Shown here: positions 34,907 through 41,915 of the stretch, piece after piece | Layout of the letters: each line of letters starts with the position of its first letter | Position numbering within the stretch: position 1 is the stretch's first letter | Virus genome (UHGV): UHGV-0393368 | Length of the DNA stretch: 41,915 nt | Source: a virus | Direction: 5' to 3' (one strand) | Made by a program: the position numbers and the translations under genes | Notes under the pieces: generated by a model | What the model was told of the DNA's origin: nothing | The model's database searches: none | The model's input: the letters and a program-made list of their open reading frames with translations, nothing else

Positions 34907-35322
34907 GCATCATCATTCCCTTTCTCCGGTTTTGGTATATCGTTCAGTATAGTGACTCCTTGTGCATTTTCTCCCTTTTTTGTATTATCCATAAACTTAT
35001 CAACTACTATCCCCATCGCTGTTGCAATTTGGGAGATAGTAGCATTTTCTAACTTATGCGGGTCCGCCAGCTTTTCAAGATATTTATCAATAATACCCTG
35101 TGCTTGTTCTTTTCTGGAATCCATATATGCCAACATATCGGCTGTATTCTGTTCTTTTTTTTGTGCGCACTTCTGCGCAATATCTGCACTTTTTGCGCAT
35201 ATGTTTTTTACTGTGTTATCTGAAACACCGAATTTTTTTGCTGTGGCACGATAGCTTCCAGATTCCACATAATCAGCTATTATTTTCTTTTTCTGTTTAT
35301 CTGTTAATCTGGAAGCCACGAT
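34903..35322 (-). CDS. terS: Terminase small subunit.
   Basis: The HTH reads YRATAKKFGVSDNTVKNI. It overlaps terL by 4 nt. The start is uncertain (GTG with an AAGAGGTGA SD). Confidence 0.65.
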   Translation of the reverse strand: MVASRLTDKQKKKIIADYVESGSYRATAKKFGVSDNTVKNICAKSADIAQKCAQKKEQNTADMLAYMDSRKEQAQGIIDKYLEKLADPHKLENATISQIATAMGIVVDKFMDNTKKGENAQGVTILNDIPKPEKGNDDA

Positions 35323-35409
35323 CACCACCTCTTATTCTCTGTGCTTCACACGATATAATAGTCCTATACTAATTTTACCATGTACAGGTTAAGCAAACCG
35401 TCCCCACAT

Positions 35410-35715
35410 TTATGCATATCCATTCATCGTTCCTACTTGCATCCACTTTTTATCAGAATAATTTCCGTATCGATAAATATATCCACTTGTCGGATACTCA
35501 ACTATTGTTAAAATTAGTGATTCTCCATATTTTTTTCTAACCTGCTCATAAATATCTTGAAGATTTAGTATTTCATCTCTTTCATTCTCTCTCCATTCTG
35601 GTATAAATAAAACATCTTCTGGCATTCCATTTTGATATGGAGATACAATAATTCTTAAACTTGCTCCTCCCATCCTATAGAATTTTATTTCATCTGGATT
35701 TTCTATTGATTTCAT
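35410..35715 (-). CDS. Hypothetical protein.
   Basis: 101 aa and AT-rich. Confidence 0.3.
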   Translation of the reverse strand: MKSIENPDEIKFYRMGGASLRIIVSPYQNGMPEDVLFIPEWRENERDEILNLQDIYEQVRKKYGESLILTIVEYPTSGYIYRYGNYSDKKWMQVGTMNGYA

Positions 35716-35850
35716 TTTTTATTTCCTCCATTTTCTCCGCAATGTTTTTAAGTATTACCATATCTTCATCGGTTAATTTCTTACTGGCTTCTATAACCAA
35801 TCGTAAGGCATATAAAAACTCTGTTACCCGTATAGTGCTATCAGTATTAA

Positions 35851-36153
35851 TCATCCTTTCCACCTACCAAACAGTGTCATTAACCGCCTATATTCATCCA
35901 ACGTTTTTCTTTGATACCCGTAAAAATCATCCCGCTTAATTGGTATATTCTTTCTCTTGCTCAACTTGTCATATCCGATATTACTTACAAGGCTTTCGTA
36001 TATCTCCACCTCCAGTCCAGGAGCCGAGGATATAGCACACTGGAACAATGTAAGCTTATCTTCTACGCTGGCGGTCTGGCAGTATTCTTTTATGCGTTTG
36101 GCTTCATCATCGGTAATGCCATAATCACTATAGTTCTTGTCCCTGGTCCTCAT
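35851..36153 (-). CDS. Hypothetical protein. It occupies the position where late-gene activators usually sit, upstream of terS.
   Basis: 100 aa. There is no recognisable domain. Confidence 0.3.
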   Translation of the reverse strand: MRTRDKNYSDYGITDDEAKRIKEYCQTASVEDKLTLFQCAISSAPGLEVEIYESLVSNIGYDKLSKRKNIPIKRDDFYGYQRKTLDEYRRLMTLFGRWKG

Positions 36154-36164
36154 AGCCCTCCTTC

Positions 36165-37211
36165 CTACACATTAACTCTTTCTCTTACTGAACGAAGAGT
36201 GCGCGGGTTAGACTGTGCATAATAACGTGCCGTAACTCCTGGGTCTGCATGGCCCATAATTTCCTGTATGGTCCCAATATCAACTCCTCTGTTTTTCAGA
36301 TTCATTCCCAGCGTCTTGCGTGACTTATGCGGATATACCCGACATGTTAGACCGGCTCTTTTCCTTATGGTTTTCAATATCGCCCGAAATCCACAAGTAG
36401 TCATCTTTCCATACGGTTTTCTGGAGCGTGGGAACATATATGGACAATCATCTTTCCTGCTGTCAAAATACAGGCCGTAGTAATGACGCGCATCATCATC
36501 CAGATAGATAGTCCGATATCTTCCGCCTTTCTCTCCCTGTATCCAAATATCGCCGGTTCTCATGTCTATCTGGTCCAGAGTTATTTCTGCAATCTCCCCT
36601 ATCCTGGCTCCAGTACTTCGAAGTACCTCCAGCAAGGCCCTCTCGCGGATATTTTTGCACGCATCCCTTAATCTTGCAGATTCTTCCGGGCTGTAATAAT
36701 CAATTGGTTTAATTGGTACTTTCTTGGCAGGTATTGGTTCCACCGGATTATCTGTAATAAGCTTTTCAAGGCGCATCCATGTAAAGAATGCTGATAGAAA
36801 ACGGCGTTCATTGTTGTAGGTACTGGGCTGATTTTTCTTTCCTCCGCTGGACACATTCCTAATTTCGTATCGGGATAAATACCAATCAATATCTGTGGTA
36901 TCCATCTGGTCCAATGATTTTGTGTTTATTTCTGTCAACAATCTTCGTATGGCATTCAGATAGTTTTGTTTGGTTCCTCTTGCTAAATCGCGTTTTTTAA
37001 TCAGGAATAATTGTATTATGTACTGATTCCGCTGGCTTATATCATCCTTTCTTTCTGCCGGAAGAGTAGTTATTTCCTCCATATTTACCCTTACCAATTC
37101 CTGCTGCATTACATTTTGCAGAATGTTAAGAGTCTGCTGCTCCACAATATATAAGGACATGGCTACCAGTACATTGTTAATTATTTCAGCTTTAATTGTC
37201 TGTGTACTCAT
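36165..37211 (-). CDS. Second tyrosine recombinase (XerD/Rci/Cre-like phage integrase family), separate from the canonical integrase.
   Basis: Catalytic residues lie in RSTGARIGE (Arg), YPHKSRKTLGMNL (His-x-x-Arg) and IMGHADPGVTARYYA (His ... Tyr). The start was set at the internal ATG (MSTQTIKAE...) that has a GAGGAGGA SD. The ORF-track start at 37313 lacks an SD. Confidence 0.8.
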   Translation of the reverse strand: MSTQTIKAEIINNVLVAMSLYIVEQQTLNILQNVMQQELVRVNMEEITTLPAERKDDISQRNQYIIQLFLIKKRDLARGTKQNYLNAIRRLLTEINTKSLDQMDTTDIDWYLSRYEIRNVSSGGKKNQPSTYNNERRFLSAFFTWMRLEKLITDNPVEPIPAKKVPIKPIDYYSPEESARLRDACKNIRERALLEVLRSTGARIGEIAEITLDQIDMRTGDIWIQGEKGGRYRTIYLDDDARHYYGLYFDSRKDDCPYMFPRSRKPYGKMTTCGFRAILKTIRKRAGLTCRVYPHKSRKTLGMNLKNRGVDIGTIQEIMGHADPGVTARYYAQSNPRTLRSVRERVNV

Positions 37212-37242
37212 AATTATATCCTCCTCATTCGTATTGATTTTC

Positions 37243-37274
37243 ACGTCTGAGTGAGATATAATATACTCAGACGT
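37243..37274. promoter_or_regulatory. Perfect 10-bp inverted repeat ACGTCTGAGT..ACTCAGACGT flanking a 12-nt spacer that contains TATAAT, 32-64 nt upstream of the recombinase start.
   Basis: ACGTCTGAGT-gagatataatat-ACTCAGACGT. It could be an operator over a -10 element or a recombinase binding site. Confidence 0.35.
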
Positions 37275-37369
37275 ATTTACGAGAGCGGTGGAATCATCTT
37301 GGCGGGTGACCATCGCTCAGTTTTCATTCTGTGCATATATGTGTTCCTTTATCTATTTTTCTTTAATCT

Positions 37370-37407
37370 GAAACTGCTAATACTACTGATATCAGTTTAG
37401 CAGTTTC
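37370..37407. repeat. 38-bp nested palindrome, the founding copy of a motif family repeated four times (also at about 38134-38154, 38444-38471 and 39507-39535).
   Basis: GAAACTGCTAA-TACT-ACTGATATCAGT-TTAGCAGTTTC has 11-bp outer arms and a 12-bp perfect inner palindrome. The copies at 38444 and 39507 share TAATACTGCTGATTATCA(T/G)TTTAA. All copies overlap the stop of one small gene and lie 20-60 nt upstream of the next start. Confidence 0.5.
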
Positions 37408-37628
37408 TCTATGATAAATTTCGGTACATAAACCACTCCATTTTCTTCGTTGTCTCTTAAGTAGTGTTTTAAATCTGCTTCCATAATAATCCACTTTTTC
37501 AGCGCTTTAATACCCATCTCGCAGGCCTCAAGCCCTTCCAATGTTTGATGTGCACCATCAGATTTAGCTACTACCTGTCTATCAAATACCGCTAATATAT
37601 TCATAGCCTCTGTTTTTGTCATGATCAT
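37392..37628 (-). CDS. Hypothetical small protein.
   Basis: 78 aa. Confidence 0.35.
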   Translation of the reverse strand: MIMTKTEAMNILAVFDRQVVAKSDGAHQTLEGLEACEMGIKALKKWIIMEADLKHYLRDNEENGVVYVPKFIIEKLLN

Positions 37629-37655
37629 TCCCTTTCTGGATTATAATTTAAAATC

Positions 37656-37946
37656 TTAATTCTCCAACTCCTCAGCCCAGGCAGTATGGTTGTATGTATA
37701 AACTACATTACCCGTAACAATGGCCTCAAGCCCCTCCCATTCTTCTACATTTTCAAGAGACAGTTCTTCGCTATTCAATGCACAAGCGATAGCTTCTTTC
37801 TCGTTTTCCGCCTCGACTTCCACATAACATGCTGCAACTATCGGTACCATAACTCGATATTTTTTCATCTTTATTCCTTCCTTCGTTACTCCCGGAAATA
37901 TCAGTTTTGTTGTGTAACGATACACATTGTTACGCAACGTTATCAT
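37656..37946 (-). CDS. Hypothetical small protein, probably starting at the internal MKKYRV.
   Basis: 96 aa ORF. Confidence 0.3.
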   Translation of the reverse strand: MITLRNNVYRYTTKLIFPGVTKEGIKMKKYRVMVPIVAACYVEVEAENEKEAIACALNSEELSLENVEEWEGLEAIVTGNVVYTYNHTAWAEELEN

Positions 37947-38097
37947 TAAGATACCTGTCCAGGGCCTGCCGGATCACCCAACTTATAGCCCTGTCCTCTT
38001 TCTGGCAGTAGGCGGTTACCCGTTTTAGTTGTTCCGGGTCCATGCTTATGTTCTGCCGGATATACTTCTTATTGGTCTCTTTCTTTGGTCTTGCCAT
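37930..38097 (-). CDS. Ribbon-helix-helix (CopG/Arc-like) DNA-binding protein.
   Basis: MARPKKETNKKYIRQNISMDPEQLKRVTAYCQKEDRAISWVIRQALDRYL matches the RHH pattern. The start is at the internal ATG. Confidence 0.55.
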   Translation of the reverse strand: MARPKKETNKKYIRQNISMDPEQLKRVTAYCQKEDRAISWVIRQALDRYLNDNVA

Positions 38098-38147
38098 ACC
38101 TCTGCCCCTTTCTGTGTATGTATACACAATTTTTGATCAATATCAGT

Positions 38148-38420
38148 TTAGCGACCTAACTCGTCAGCATAAATAAGCCCAGAACAACCAAACTTATTAC
38201 CATACCAATAACAATATTTTCCGCTTAAAATCGGATAATCCTCACATTTTAATTCATACGGTGCTATTACTTGCGCCTTATAAACTCCATCTGATATTGC
38301 TCCGTACTTTTTCCTTTGTGACTCTTTTTCCAAACTGTTATGCCTGACTTTTATAATGGCGCTGTCTCCGACTTCCAATCTCCTTAAAGGACGCTGCCAG
38401 TCATACTCAAATTCTTTCAA
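38148..38420 (-). CDS. Hypothetical protein with a TTG start after a GGAGG SD.
   Basis: About 90 aa. It is Cys- and aromatic-rich. Confidence 0.35.
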   Translation of the reverse strand: MKEFEYDWQRPLRRLEVGDSAIIKVRHNSLEKESQRKKYGAISDGVYKAQVIAPYELKCEDYPILSGKYCYWYGNKFGCSGLIYADELGR

Positions 38421-38444
38421 ATTTTCCTCCTTCTCAATCAAATG

Positions 38445-38660
38445 CTAATACTGCTGATTATCATTTAACGGACAAATTCCAATTACAGAACAAGATATAC
38501 TGTCACACCATATCGGACATTTTTGGCAATAAGTTCCGTTAAAATCCTTAGGCACAACAACCGATATTGTCATTATCTTTTCATCTTCTGTGATTTTTGA
38601 AATTTTACATTCATTACTTTTATCTGTTTCATACAAACCACCATTTTTTATAAATTTCAT
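38445..38660 (-). CDS. Small Cys-rich protein.
   Basis: 71 aa: C..C.IWCDSISCSVIGICP. Confidence 0.35.
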   Translation of the reverse strand: MKFIKNGGLYETDKSNECKISKITEDEKIMTISVVVPKDFNGTYCQKCPIWCDSISCSVIGICPLNDNQQY

Positions 38661-38869
38661 ATTTTCTACCTCTGGAAAACTTAATATCTCTTAAAAGTAT
38701 CATCATAATCAAAGCAGTAGCAACTTGGGTGATTAACATCCACCTGTTCTCTTATATCAACATTACAAATTACCATTCCTTCTGTTTCTTTCTCACATTC
38801 ACAATATATGCAATATTTACATATATATCTTTCTTCTGTCTTCTGGTATCATTCTTTATCCTCCAGATA

Positions 38870-39040
38870 CTAATCTTCAAAACATTTTTTTGTTTCCACT
38901 GGAACATCAAAAACACTTATCTTATTGCAATACCACTGCCCCCTATGGAATGCTTGTAGATTGCAGTGCCTACAATTTTCGCAGCTTTTTTCCCGTTTCT
39001 TTGTTTCAATAATCCCCAACAGCTCTTTGTTTTTAATCAT
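38870..39040 (-). CDS. Small Cys-rich protein of 56 aa, missing from the ORF track.
   Basis: GAGGT SD, 6 nt, ATG. MIKNKELLGIIETKKREKSCENCRHCNLQAFHRGQWYCNKISVFDVPVETKKCFED. Confidence 0.4.
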   Translation of the reverse strand: MIKNKELLGIIETKKREKSCENCRHCNLQAFHRGQWYCNKISVFDVPVETKKCFED

Positions 39041-39057
39041 ACCAATACCTCAAAATT

Positions 39058-39288
39058 TTAAATTAATGGGATATCTGCTTCTTCAATGGCTCGATTTAGA
39101 AGTGATCTATAATCACCCAAACAAGCCACAGTGTCAATCAACAACCCTGAAAATGATTTTACGCCTGAATAGCATTCAATGCTTTCCTCAATGCTATCGT
39201 CAATATCTCTTGATTTATCTACTTTTTCAAGATCAGACATTAGGCTCTCTATTCGTTTCACCATCTCACGCGTCTGTTTTACTTTCAT
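39058..39288 (-). CDS. Hypothetical small acidic protein.
   Basis: 76 aa. Confidence 0.35.
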   Translation of the reverse strand: MKVKQTREMVKRIESLMSDLEKVDKSRDIDDSIEESIECYSGVKSFSGLLIDTVACLGDYRSLLNRAIEEADIPLI

Positions 39289-39311
39289 GTTATTTACTCC
39301 TCTGTAAAATT

Positions 39312-39488
39312 TTAATCTTCCTGCTTTTTAGAATAATTTAAGCAGTATGTCAAATTGTCAAGCAATGCATTTTCTCCACATGGTATATCGTTTTCCGAAT
39401 GTGATGATATTAATACCACGGATAACTTACATCCCATTTTCTTATTATGATTTTCGCAATCATGATTCCCGCATCTTACATATGCCAC
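39312..39488 (-). CDS. Small Cys/His-rich protein with a GTG start.
   Basis: GGAGGAA SD then GTG. AYVRCGNHDCENHNKKMGCK. Confidence 0.35.
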   Translation of the reverse strand: MAYVRCGNHDCENHNKKMGCKLSVVLISSHSENDIPCGENALLDNLTYCLNYSKKQED

Positions 39489-39528
39489 AGCTGGTTCCTC
39501 CATAATGTTAATACTGCTGATTATCAGT

Positions 39529-39771
39529 TTAATGGATTATCGCCTGACCACATGTAGAGCAACGCCCTGTATTTACACAGTCTTCCGCAGTTGATTCACC
39601 ACAATTAGGGCAGAGATAAAATCCCCTATCATACGCACATCTCTTGTAAATATCCTTTCGCATAGATACTATAGCGATTTTATATGCCTCCTCGATATCA
39701 GAAAAACTTTCACCCTCATTAGGGATTGTTGTTTTTCTGCTAACAATTTCTATTGCCTTTTCAATTTCCAT
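39529..39771 (-). CDS. Zinc-ribbon protein.
   Basis: 80 aa. CPNCGESTAEDCVNTGRCSTCGQ. Confidence 0.45.
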   Translation of the reverse strand: MEIEKAIEIVSRKTTIPNEGESFSDIEEAYKIAIVSMRKDIYKRCAYDRGFYLCPNCGESTAEDCVNTGRCSTCGQAIIH

Positions 39772-39826
39772 TCGCTACAGTCCTTTCTCAAATCCTAATT
39801 TTCATCGTTTAATACAATATTTCCTT

Positions 39827-40552
39827 TCAGTCATTTATCCAGCCTATCCCCTGGCTAAGTAATTGGCAGGCTATCGTACAGTCTTCCATAACCTCCAGGT
39901 CCATCCTTCCACGGTTCGGGTCTAACTCGTCCAGATATACTCCCCCGATACAACTATGCCCTATCTCCCTCTCCTGCCTAGCCCGGCGTTCAAATACCTC
40001 CGGGAAATCAATCCGAATCTTATTCCAGTATCCCATGCCGCCTTTTACGCAACCAATGCAGTTGTTGTTTGGATACCCCATGTCATACATTACTGGGCGT
40101 TTCAGCCCCAGTTTATCGGCTATCCCGTGGCACTCTGCTTTTGTCAATCCATTCTCAATCAACGGGAACTCATGGTCGTAGTCAGAAAGCGCTTTAACAA
40201 CTGCGTCTGCTCTGTGCATCTCATTCACATCATAACCCCACACATATGTATGATGGTCTGGATTCGCTGCCTCCCAGTCTCTGCGTACCTGTTTTTTCAA
40301 CCATTTAGTGCAGGGTGCTCCAAAAGCTGTGTTTATGCATCTGGTATTTTCAATTACATCATCCACATCTTTGTATTTATCTGATTGTATAGGCTCAATC
40401 TTTCTTCCCAAAATCGCCTCGCAATCCTTCAAAAATCTCAGACTATCAGGATGTTGATTTTCGACATGAGTGTAAATAATTTTATCAATATCCTTAGCCA
40501 AGTAACACGCCACAAAAGACGATACTCCGGTGCTAAACCAACATACTTTCAT
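39827..40552 (-). CDS. PAPS reductase / PP-loop ATPase-like protein, second copy in the genome, with a degenerate P-loop.
   Basis: 241 aa. The N-terminal WFSTGVSSFVACYL sits in the position of the SGGxDS PP-loop. NNNCIGCVKGGMGYWNKIR is a CxxC motif. Confidence 0.5.
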   Translation of the reverse strand: MKVCWFSTGVSSFVACYLAKDIDKIIYTHVENQHPDSLRFLKDCEAILGRKIEPIQSDKYKDVDDVIENTRCINTAFGAPCTKWLKKQVRRDWEAANPDHHTYVWGYDVNEMHRADAVVKALSDYDHEFPLIENGLTKAECHGIADKLGLKRPVMYDMGYPNNNCIGCVKGGMGYWNKIRIDFPEVFERRARQEREIGHSCIGGVYLDELDPNRGRMDLEVMEDCTIACQLLSQGIGWIND

Positions 40553-40637
40553 AGGTACCTCCTAAAATGAATAATTACTATTATCGCTCACCAGCGCTAA
40601 TGTATTGACTGGTAAATCCTGTAATTTTACCATTCAG

Positions 40638-40651
40638 AAAGTGATCACTTT
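40638..40651. promoter_or_regulatory. Perfect 14-bp palindrome AAAGTGATCACTTT in the 155-nt intergenic region upstream of the PAPS-like operon.
   Basis: It is the only sizeable intergenic gap in this early cluster, and the palindrome is operator-like. Confidence 0.3.
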
Positions 40652-40708
40652 ACCCGGCCAGGACTGTTTTACTTTCTATTTCTTTAATTGCTTAAATAGC
40701 GATTTTGG

Positions 40709-40981
40709 TTAACAAATTGGCGACTGAAACGAGCATATTCCATCCAGATAACACCGGTTCGCAAACTCCTCTGCCTCCCCGCTCTCCAGTGCTTTGATTG
40801 CCATCTTATATGCCTGTATCTGCTTTTCTGCGTCTGCCCGGAATGCCAACTTGTCTTGTATCGTGTTTCTGGCAATTCCCATACGCACCATCTGTTCCCA
40901 TCCACCATCCGTAATTTGGTGGTGGTATGTATTAATGTGTTCCTGCAATATGCCTATGGCTTCTCTTTTGTCAATTGTCAT
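40709..40981 (-). CDS. Hypothetical protein.
   Basis: The start was set at MTIDKREAIG, which has a GGGAAGGAAAAG SD. Confidence 0.35.
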   Translation of the reverse strand: MTIDKREAIGILQEHINTYHHQITDGGWEQMVRMGIARNTIQDKLAFRADAEKQIQAYKMAIKALESGEAEEFANRCYLDGICSFQSPIC

Positions 40982-41333
40982 ACTTTTCCTTCCCTCGCTC
41001 CCCATAATCATGTTCTTTTTCCTCTTCCCAGATTACCTTAATAACCTCCACTTTATCGAGCGGAATGTAGAATGATCCTTGAGCCTCCCACTCTCCAGCC
41101 TTCCACTGCTGTTCAAACTCTTCCAAACTATCAGCCAGCAAAAATCCGGCTTCCTCTTCTGTCTGGTACATAGTTCGCATCATTGCATCGTCCGATTCAT
41201 CCGGCCAGCTGAACAGATGATACATCTCGTAGTTGTCATAATCCCATAACGTTAACGCTACTACATACCCATCTATCGGCCATCCAGTGCTGTTTACCCG
41301 TCCTTCAACGAGTTTTGGTCTATATCCCTTCAT
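40971..41333 (-). CDS. Hypothetical acidic protein.
   Basis: 120 aa. Confidence 0.35.
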   Translation of the reverse strand: MKGYRPKLVEGRVNSTGWPIDGYVVALTLWDYDNYEMYHLFSWPDESDDAMMRTMYQTEEEAGFLLADSLEEFEQQWKAGEWEAQGSFYIPLDKVEVIKVIWEEEKEHDYGERGKEKYDN

Positions 41334-41635
41334 CCCTCTGCCTCCTTATATGGATCCGGTGCTGGATGCCATGCAATCACATCAAGAAGTCCTTCATCAT
41401 CAACCTTCCACCATTCTTCTCTAACATCATCATAATATCCAACTTCAACATATCCACGTCTAACCGTAACGTGTACTATCTCTCCACACGGAGGAAGGTC
41501 CCTTTCAACCGGAACCCACTTATTCTCTGTTTTTGCGGTTGGAATTTTTCTTATATCCTCGATTATGTACTCTTCTCCCTCATATCTTGCAATAAGCAGT
41601 TTTTTTACATCATCCGAATCAATTAGTCTTCCCAT
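41330..41635 (-). CDS. DUF551-family phage protein.
   Basis: 101 aa ending ...VIAWHPAPDPYKE, which matches the DUF551 'W.P.P.P' terminal signature. A GAGGAGGAAG SD is present. Confidence 0.5.
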   Translation of the reverse strand: MGRLIDSDDVKKLLIARYEGEEYIIEDIRKIPTAKTENKWVPVERDLPPCGEIVHVTVRRGYVEVGYYDDVREEWWKVDDEGLLDVIAWHPAPDPYKEAEG

Positions 41636-41660
41636 TCTGCTTCCTCCTCTAAATCTGTGT

Positions 41661-41822
41661 TTATTCTTTTACCTCCCACCAAGAACAATCTAAATGACTA
41701 TTTTTCCAATCCTCATACGAATCTTCAACTTCTTCCTGCGATGCATCATCATCAAATTCAAATTCTTCTTCATGGGTTGCCCCGGCAAATCCTGTCCCCA
41801 TATAAAAGTGATATTTTTTCAT
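41661..41822 (-). CDS. Small acidic protein of 53 aa, missing from the ORF track.
   Basis: AAAGGAGAAG SD. MKKYHFYMGTGFAGATHEEEFEFDDDASQEEVEDSYEDWKNSHLDCSWWEVKE. Its stop lies just before the SD of the DUF551 gene. Confidence 0.35.
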   Translation of the reverse strand: MKKYHFYMGTGFAGATHEEEFEFDDDASQEEVEDSYEDWKNSHLDCSWWEVKE

Positions 41823-41915
41823 TCAGTTTCTTCTCCTTTCAGAAATGGGCATTTTGATTACTTGGACGCCTGGAATGATCCGGGCATATTTCCGTCCTAT
41901 CATAGGCTGGACGTA

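Noticed and set aside
37243-37274. Invertible promoter switch upstream of the second recombinase.
   Set aside because: The inverted-repeat arms enclose only 12 nt, which is too short to be an invertible segment. It is more likely an operator or hairpin over a -10 element.
1-41915. CRISPR arrays, reverse transcriptase or DGR, retron, serine invertase, toxin-antitoxin pairs.
   Set aside because: I scanned for direct-repeat and spacer periodicity, YxDD RT motifs and resolvase-type N-terminal serine motifs. None was found. The absence of a serine invertase is itself relevant to the inversion cassette.

Overview
The whole 41.9 kb window reads as one temperate siphovirus genome of Firmicutes (Clostridia) type, with no recognisable host genes. 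The gene order is circularly permuted, so this looks like an excised or circular phage assembly rather than an integrated prophage.

Layout:
- 1-8 kb, minus strand: early genes. These are a LexA-like DNA-binding protein, a replisome-organiser-like protein, two PAPS-reductase-family PP-loop genes (one here, one near 40 kb), an HNH-like nuclease, a Rad52/Sak-like annealase with Gp157, an AntA/KilAC antirepressor and a Cro-like regulator.
- 8.2-11.7 kb, plus strand: CI-like repressor, ImmA-like metallopeptidase, two AT-rich membrane-protein morons and a tyrosine integrase, followed by an attP-like region with four copies of CGTGTTGCAT.
- 12-35 kb, minus strand: late genes. These are the M15 endolysin with cell-wall-binding repeats, an XkdX-like gene, a tail-fibre cluster, the tape measure, tail and head genes, portal, PBSX-type large terminase and small terminase.
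- 36-41.9 kb, minus strand: a second tyrosine recombinase and a cluster of small, often Cys-rich, early genes.

Most notable observations:
1. A 509-bp invertible cassette flanked by a perfect 13-bp inverted repeat that sits in the same reading frame in a tail-fibre gene and in a promoterless, oppositely oriented alternative C-terminal segment. This looks like a Mu G-segment or shufflon-like host-range switch. No serine invertase is present, but a second, Rci-like tyrosine recombinase candidate is.
2. A roughly 4 kb atypical island inside the head module. It encodes a C1q/BclA-like protein, a Gly/Cys-rich membrane protein, Q- and G/M-rich low-complexity proteins, a KTR zinc ribbon, a sigma region-4-only protein and a BhlA-like membrane protein.
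3. A conserved motif of about 25 bp repeated four times upstream of early genes and the second recombinase.
4. Tandem hairpins that could sequester a Shine-Dalgarno sequence.
5. Holin-like genes located away from the endolysin.

Coordinates I re-derived by hand may be off by about 1 nt.
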